Shown here: piece by piece, positions 59,301 to 64,000 of the stretch
Layout of the letters: each line of letters starts with the position of its first letter
Numbering within the stretch: position 1 is the stretch's first letter
From: Myxococcota bacterium
GTDB lineage: Bacteria > Myxococcota_A > UBA9160 > JAFDDA01
DNA length: 64,000 nt
Direction of reading: 5' to 3'
NCBI GenBank assembly: GCA_965228475.1
Contig: OZ245817.1
Location: forward strand, 2,656,001-2,720,000
The notes under the pieces: model-generated
The model's input: the letters and a program-made list of their open reading frames with translations, nothing else
The model's database searches: none
Told to the model about the DNA's origin: nothing
Made by a program: the position numbers and the translations under genes

Positions 59301-59736
59301 CGGCGCGCTCTGCGAAGACTGCAGCTTCACCATGGGCACGACCGAGTTCGGAACCCACCTCGACGTGACGCTCGTCGACGCGCTCCCGCTCGGCACGCAC
59401 GTCATGCAGGTGATGAACCCGGACGGCTGGATCAGCAACGAGATGCCGCTCCAGGTCGAGTTCCCGCCGCCGCCCTTCGTCCAGGTGCCCGACGAGACGA
59501 TCGAGTGCATGGAAGAGGCCGGCTGCTTCACCGACGCCGATCCGATCGGCTGCGGCGCGCTCGCGGGCTGCACGGATCTGCCGGGCAGCGTGGTCTGCGA
59601 AGAAGCCGGCGGCTTCCTCGACTGCGACAGCTGCGTGGTCGAACCGGACTGCTCCGACGGGAGCTGCACGCCGGTCTCGGACACGCTGCTCGTCCCGACC
59701 GGCCCGGGCAACTGCGGGATCCCGATCGAGCTCTGA
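56320..59736 (+). CDS. Large secreted lipoprotein: YncE-like beta-propeller, c-type heme domain(s), Cys-rich acidic C-terminus
   Basis: Lipobox AAGC, propeller repeats (VANTTSATVSVF, VANHISDSISVID), CESCH, CADNSGGCH, VPTMRG. Confidence 0.78.
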   Translation: MSMPALFRSSLALAVLLAAAGCSPNPKAPEVGAQLFQSPHVNSIALARADRKLVVANTTSATVSVFETNLLPHDPEGALIGEIAVGIDPVSVAIRPKNGPNDRDLALVANHISDSISVIDLSKLGVVQTLQEFDADGVTTTDAPTGIVFASPDRAFVALDDRDEIVVIDFDANGRASINPERLPITAQAPRAMTVVGDRLLVGAFESGNQTEFPNCGPLDTPATAPFLPGDPYDEGCMFYNRFIESITVNDIFNLDLDLEFGVIVDFAARNPNIGGEVVIDRDRPDRDVFVFDVAALGAPLQVIDGVSTLLYGMESSGNRVFVTSADGRNDLDGLDDLDNRMFENRISWFDCDPDCGPVQHRDLDQNAHGVPVPTPYGVRASADGSALVVAVSGSDGIPGLAEDPTTDIPGLVTLDASGNVLGHVQTGAIPQSVALASDEAGAAQTAYVLNVVDSTISVVDVSDLANPQILGTFSVGNDPTPPEIRDGRRNFMSARASTKGTFSCESCHPNGNTDQLIWTINTVESREDVPECNPFEENCPEPRTTMPTPRGLRDTLPLHWLGNLADPFPDHEDQLFQPEDDGAPDCDLETDGEIGCARHLVNASLSGVMCDQAGGCAVGPSGLPGAYTEAERNAMAAFMMSVSYPPSPTRRPDDALSPVAMQGVTDFFTDEDGLGVGSAAAGVGAAVGFSPITCADNSGGCHALPLTVDTNSLTVGAFDVPTMRGMWDRHVQFSNGSPSSEEVLRAGQDCADGNPPGDHPNLGNFLTGDPCALASPFIEAFLGFQLDPFQGVPSGEEIYDPAVGVTERGVFLSTFESLFQLAYGVRGAPMWEFFSEMGVGFAGVYGRQLTVDASDAQSPATQDALNPLVAAADEGRIALRASFMGGDRDYSYSEGRWHLTQLPDDKESNGFTTEKVLQQVVDWDQVLTFTAHLREGISIGGADRQPLLHVDPERKETEDFGELLAIPRPEPLPNQAFRIGGIYVDPAAKILVNGALCEDCSFTMGTTEFGTHLDVTLVDALPLGTHVMQVMNPDGWISNEMPLQVEFPPPPFVQVPDETIECMEEAGCFTDADPIGCGALAGCTDLPGSVVCEEAGGFLDCDSCVVEPDCSDGSCTPVSDTLLVPTGPGNCGIPIEL

Positions 59737-59894
59737 TCGCACGATCCACGCACCGCTCGACGGCGGTCCATTGCGCGTCACCCGAACCGGGTGTCTCCGA
59801 CTGAAGAGTCGGAGGCACCCGGTCGTTTTTTCCGGCCCCGAAGCATTCTTCGGCGGTCCCCCTCCCCTCTTGCCCCCAGGTTGCCCCTCCCGCT

Positions 59895-59910
59895 TGGCAC
59901 GAACGCTGCT
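59895..59910 (+). promoter_or_regulatory. Sigma54 (-24/-12) promoter
   Basis: TGGCACGAACGCTGCT, with GG and GC correctly spaced, about 120 bp before the DUF1800 start. Confidence 0.75.
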
Positions 59911-60028
59911 CTAGCGCCCGCCGACCGGTGCCTGCACGCACACGGCGACGAGACCCGTCGCCGATGAAGGCACTGCGCGCACGGGGTCTTCCGGCACCGT
60001 GCGGGCGATCACAGGGGGGGGAACCATC

Positions 60029-61447
60029 ATGACGCGAGCCGCGCTGGTCTCGACGATCGTATGCAGCCTCATGACCATGGCCTGTTACGACCACGGGGAG
60101 CACACCCTCGCCCGCATGGGGTACGGCCACGACGACTGGAGCCGCGAGCGCTTCGAAACGCTCGGCATCCGCGGCTACATCCTCGAGCAGCTCGACCCGG
60201 AGTCGATCCCGGACGGCACCTACGAGGCCATGGAGTCTGCCTACCCCGTCCTCGACCTCGACTACCGGGGACAGCTCCAGGACGACGTCGATTCCTGGCG
60301 GGCGCGCCAGCAGCTCGCCCGGGCCAAGGTCCTGCGCGCGACCTACAGCCGGCGTCAGCTCGAGGCCGTCCTCCTCGACTTCTGGATGAACCACTTCAAC
60401 GTCTTCGCCGGCGGTGGGCTCGCCTCGGACGCCATCGTGCCCTACGAGCGGCAGCACATCGCCCCGCACGTCCTCGGGCGCTTCGAAGACCTGCTGCGAG
60501 CCATCGCACGCTCGCCGGCCATGCTCGACTACCTCGACAACAACCAGAACAGCCGTTGGGGCCTGAACGAGAACTACGCCCGCGAGCTCATGGAGCTCCA
60601 CACCCTCGGCGTGGACGGGCCGTATACCGAGATCGACGTCGTCGAAGTGGCGCGCGCGCTGACCGGCTGGGCCACGGACCGCGACGCCGAGGAACGGGCC
60701 GACGGCTACCGCTACCGCGACGACTGGCACGATCCGGACGAGAAGACGGTGCTCGGACAGACGATTCCTGCCGGGGGCGGCGAACAGGACGGCTACGACG
60801 TCCTGGCCCTGCTCGCCCGCCACCCCTCGACGGCGCACTACGTCTCCGGGCGGCTCGCGCGGCGCTTCGTCTCGGAAGAACCCTCCGAACGGCTGGTGGA
60901 ACGCATGGCCGAGCGCTGGCTCGAGACCGACGGCGACCTGCGCGAGGTCCTGAAGCTGATGTTCCTCTCCACGGACTTCCGGCTCGCGCGGGACGACAGC
61001 AACCCGCGCGTGAAACGCCCCCTCCACCTGATCGCGAGCACCCTCCGGGCCCTCGACGCCAGCGGCGACGAACTCGCCGAACGCATGGCGAACGAGCTCG
61101 AGAACCTCGGCGAGGACCCCTACATGGCGCGGCCGCCGACGGGGTACCCCGAGGATTCCGCGTCCTGGGCCGGGAACGGGACGATGCTGAACCGCATCAA
61201 CATGCTCGCGAACACCGCGCGCGGCTGGAACGGCATCGAGTTCACGCCGGTCGTGGCCGGGAACCCCGACGATCTGGTCGATGCCTGGCTCGATCGTCTC
61301 TTCATGGGCGACGTCCCGGGCCAGACCCGGAACGCGGCGGTCGCGCACCTGAACTCCCTGCCGAACTACATCCAGAACGACCCGGACCGTGCCTCTCGCG
61401 AGGTCCTGGCGGTGCTCCTCGCGAGCCCCCGCTTCCTCGGCCACTAG
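60029..61447 (+). CDS. DUF1800 family protein
   Basis: FWMNHFNV, SPAMLDYLDN, NENYARELMELHTLG, ARALTGW, HD...KTVLG, HPSTA. Possible lipobox TMAC. Confidence 0.9.
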   Translation: MTRAALVSTIVCSLMTMACYDHGEHTLARMGYGHDDWSRERFETLGIRGYILEQLDPESIPDGTYEAMESAYPVLDLDYRGQLQDDVDSWRARQQLARAKVLRATYSRRQLEAVLLDFWMNHFNVFAGGGLASDAIVPYERQHIAPHVLGRFEDLLRAIARSPAMLDYLDNNQNSRWGLNENYARELMELHTLGVDGPYTEIDVVEVARALTGWATDRDAEERADGYRYRDDWHDPDEKTVLGQTIPAGGGEQDGYDVLALLARHPSTAHYVSGRLARRFVSEEPSERLVERMAERWLETDGDLREVLKLMFLSTDFRLARDDSNPRVKRPLHLIASTLRALDASGDELAERMANELENLGEDPYMARPPTGYPEDSASWAGNGTMLNRINMLANTARGWNGIEFTPVVAGNPDDLVDAWLDRLFMGDVPGQTRNAAVAHLNSLPNYIQNDPDRASREVLAVLLASPRFLGH

Positions 61448-61486
61448 GCACCCCTTCCACCCCACGAGAATCCAGAGGAGACGACG

Positions 61487-62686
61487 ATGATCTCTCGACG
61501 AGACTTCCTGCGCGCCGGCACGGCCGGCCTGGCCCTGCTCGCGATTCCCGGCTCCGGCCGGGTCGCGCGCGCCGCGACCTCACGCAACGTCCTGGTCGTG
61601 GTCTACCTGCGCGGCGGCGCCGACGGCCTCTCGCTGGTCGCGCCCTACGGCGACCCCGAGTACGCCTCCCTGCGGCCCACGCTCTCGCTGCCCCAGAACC
61701 AGCTGAACGTGCTCGACGGGTTCTTCGGGATGCACGGCAACCTCGGCGAGCTCGCGGCGCTCTACGGCTCGAACGAGCTCTCCGTCGTGCACTGCTCGGG
61801 GCTGACCTACGAGACCCGTTCGCACTTCGACGCCCAGGATTTCATGGAGCGGGCGGCCCCGGGCGACAAGTCCGTCACCGACGGCTGGCTGAACCGCTAC
61901 CTCGCGCTTCGGGGGCAGGACTCCGCCCTCGCCGGCGTCAGCATCGGCTGGTCCGACGAGGCGGCCCTGGCCGGCCCGGCGGCCAGCCTCTCGCTGACCT
62001 CGCTCTCGCGCTTCTCGGTCAGCGGACCGTTCCCCGAAGAGCGGAAGGCAACGATGCAGGCGATGCACTCGCAGCATCCGAACAGCCTCCTCTCGACGAA
62101 GTTCTCGGACATGCTGGCGACCGAGGAGCTCCTGACCTCGGTCTCGACGGACACGTCCGTCGAGTACCCCGACAACAGCTTCGGACGGCAGCTGCGGGAT
62201 CTCGCCGCGCTGATCCGCGCCGACGTCGGGCTCCACGTCGGCGCGCTCTCGCTCGGCGGCTGGGATCACCACGACGACCAGACCGGGCAGTTCGAGAACT
62301 CCGCCGCCCGCCTTTCGACGGGCCTCGGCGCCTTCTACCAGGACCTCGGCGGCGACGCGAACCGCGTCCTCACCCTCGTGATGACCGAGTTCGGCCGGAC
62401 GGTCGAGGAGAACGGCACCTTCGGGACCGACCACGGCCGCGGCTCGGCCATGATGGCCCTGGGCGGCGGCGTCGCCGGCGGCAACGTGCTCTTGAAGAAC
62501 GGCACCTGGCCCGGGCTCACGCCCAACCAGGGCTGGCCGCGGCGCGACCTCGACGTGACGACCGACTTCCGGGACGTGTTCGCCGAGGTCCTCGCACGCC
62601 ACCTCGGCCTCGGCGGCGCCCAGCTCTCGAGCATCTTCCCGGACTTCACCCCGGCGGCGCAGAACTACCCGGGGCTGTTCGTCTGA
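61487..62686 (+). CDS. DUF1501 family protein with Tat signal
   Basis: SRRDFL Tat motif, LRGGADGL, RSHFDAQ, GGWDHH, TEFGRT..EN...GTDHG, DFR.V. Confidence 0.9.
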   Translation: MISRRDFLRAGTAGLALLAIPGSGRVARAATSRNVLVVVYLRGGADGLSLVAPYGDPEYASLRPTLSLPQNQLNVLDGFFGMHGNLGELAALYGSNELSVVHCSGLTYETRSHFDAQDFMERAAPGDKSVTDGWLNRYLALRGQDSALAGVSIGWSDEAALAGPAASLSLTSLSRFSVSGPFPEERKATMQAMHSQHPNSLLSTKFSDMLATEELLTSVSTDTSVEYPDNSFGRQLRDLAALIRADVGLHVGALSLGGWDHHDDQTGQFENSAARLSTGLGAFYQDLGGDANRVLTLVMTEFGRTVEENGTFGTDHGRGSAMMALGGGVAGGNVLLKNGTWPGLTPNQGWPRRDLDVTTDFRDVFAEVLARHLGLGGAQLSSIFPDFTPAAQNYPGLFV

Positions 62687-62846
62687 TCGGCCGCGGAGCG
62701 CCGGGCCAGGCGGCCACCCGATCCGCAGGGGTGCGTCGCAAGCAGCCCGCTCCGAGCCGCCCGTCCGCCGGGAAGGAAGCGTCCCCCCTTTCCGGCGGAC
62801 GGGACATCTCCGAGGGGACGCTCGGGGCCGGTCTCTCGGCCCCTGG

Positions 62847-64000
62847 CTAAGGCGCGGAGGGGCCGGGCACGCCGACCTGGAAGCCCGGCAGGAACGCGCT
62901 CGCGTCGTCGACGTTCACGAAGCCGTCGCCGGTCATGTCCGTGCCGAGCGTCGTCTCCTGGCCGCTCGAGAAGTCCGGCATGAACAGGCTGAAGTCGTCG
63001 AGGTTGCAGAAGCCGTCGCCGTTGAAGTCGCAGTCGCACAGGTCGCCGAAGCCGTCGCCGTCGCGGTCGCGCTGGGCCGGGTCCGTCACCGCGGTGCAGA
63101 CGTCGCACGCATCCCCGATGGCGTCCCCGTCGGAATTCGCCTGATCGGCGTTGGAGACGTGGGGGCAGTTGTCGTTCACGTCCGGGTCGCCGTCGCCGTC
63201 GATGTCGGAGTTCGGATCCGGGTCGATGCGGACGATGCGGCCGGTCCCGGACAGCAGGTAGTAGAGCTCGCCGTCCGGGTCCTTGCCGATGCCGGTGATG
63301 AACTCTGCGGGCTTTCCGCCGACCACCAGGATCTCCGAGATCGCACCGGTGTCGGTCTCCATCACCAGGGGCAGGCTCGCCCAGTCCGCGAAGACGTACC
63401 GATCCTGCAGGGCCGCTACCGCATCGCCTGCGTAGACGAAGCCGCCGATCACGGCGAAGCCCTCGGAGTGCGTGTACTCGCCCACCGGCCCGACGGAGAA
63501 GGGCGGCCCGCCGGCACGGTTCACCCGCGTCCCCTCGCGATACGGCCACCCGTGATCCAGGCCGCCCACCACGAGGCTCACCTCCTCGCGGTCGCCTTCT
63601 CCCACGTCGCCGGCCCAGATCCGCCCCAGGCCGTCGACGGAGACGCGATAGGGGTTCCGGAAGCCGAAGGCGAAGAGCTCGGGCAAGCCCGCCGGCACGC
63701 CGTTGCCCGGAAGCCCGTACTGGCCGTTGGCCGAGTCGCTCCCCAGCGGGTCGATCCGCACGATGGAGCCGTAGATGTTGGTGCGATCGTTTCCGTTCCC
63801 GGTGCCGTTGGTGTGGCCGTCGTTCGGGGCGTTGATGCCGCCGTCGTTGTCGTCCGAGCCGCCGCCGTCACCGATCCCGATGTAGAGCAGACCGTCGGGC
63901 GAGAAGGCAAGGCCTCCGCCGTTGTGGTTCGACTGCGGCTGGTCGATCCGCAGGACGACGCGCGAACCCGGCAGGACCACGCCCGGGTCGGTCGGGCTCA
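62847..64000 (-). CDS. PQQ-dependent sugar dehydrogenase (GSDH)-like beta-propeller with TSP3 repeats and dockerin-like C-terminus (5' truncated)
   Basis: NHNGGGLAFSPDGLLYIGIGDGG, GFRNPYR, GDVGE..REE, then DGDGDPD..DNCP..N.DQ repeats and two DxNGDG/DxTGDG Ca-binding loops. Confidence 0.85.
   Translation of the reverse strand, partial: SPTDPGVVLPGSRVVLRIDQPQSNHNGGGLAFSPDGLLYIGIGDGGGSDDNDGGINAPNDGHTNGTGNGNDRTNIYGSIVRIDPLGSDSANGQYGLPGNGVPAGLPELFAFGFRNPYRVSVDGLGRIWAGDVGEGDREEVSLVVGGLDHGWPYREGTRVNRAGGPPFSVGPVGEYTHSEGFAVIGGFVYAGDAVAALQDRYVFADWASLPLVMETDTGAISEILVVGGKPAEFITGIGKDPDGELYYLLSGTGRIVRIDPDPNSDIDGDGDPDVNDNCPHVSNADQANSDGDAIGDACDVCTAVTDPAQRDRDGDGFGDLCDCDFNGDGFCNLDDFSLFMPDFSSGQETTLGTDMTGDGFVNVDDASAFLPGFQVGVPGPSAP

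Overview
High-GC bacterial chromosomal DNA (roughly 70% by eye) with about 44 real genes. PEP-CTERM proteins, PrsT-like TPR lipoproteins, TSP3/dockerin-tailed secreted proteins and an FHA-GAF cyclase suggest a diderm of the Myxococcota/deltaproteobacterial type (inference). The left half (1-32 kb) holds lipid/xenobiotic metabolism and signalling genes: P450, crotonase, acyltransferase, a tRNA nucleotidyltransferase lacking the flexible loop, an MCP, a DegT fusion, a K+ channel, a frameshifted quinone oxidoreductase, GST, epoxide hydrolase with a TetR-LLM-FAD operon, a diguanylate cyclase, type II PanK, acyl-CoA ligase, an FHA-GAF-cyclase-PilZ protein, Lhr and TesB. The best candidate for an undescribed system is a ~24 kb cell-surface protein-modification locus (32377-56170). 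It contains sigma54-driven, near-identical tandem PEP-CTERM genes that differ mainly in one Cys-bounded loop, two PrsT-like TPR lipoproteins, three different GT-C glycosyltransferases (TMTC-like, DUF2142-like, and an archaeal-AglB-like STT3 with FWANG in place of WWDYG), a sulfatase-fold protein lacking the formylglycine motif, and two 'MFS/spermidine synthase' fusions whose topology suggests an extracytoplasmic SAM-dependent domain. At least nine genes look leaderless (TAnnnT 6-7 nt before the start codon). I saw no tRNA, rRNA, CRISPR array or transposase. All family calls come from motif recognition by eye; no searches were run.
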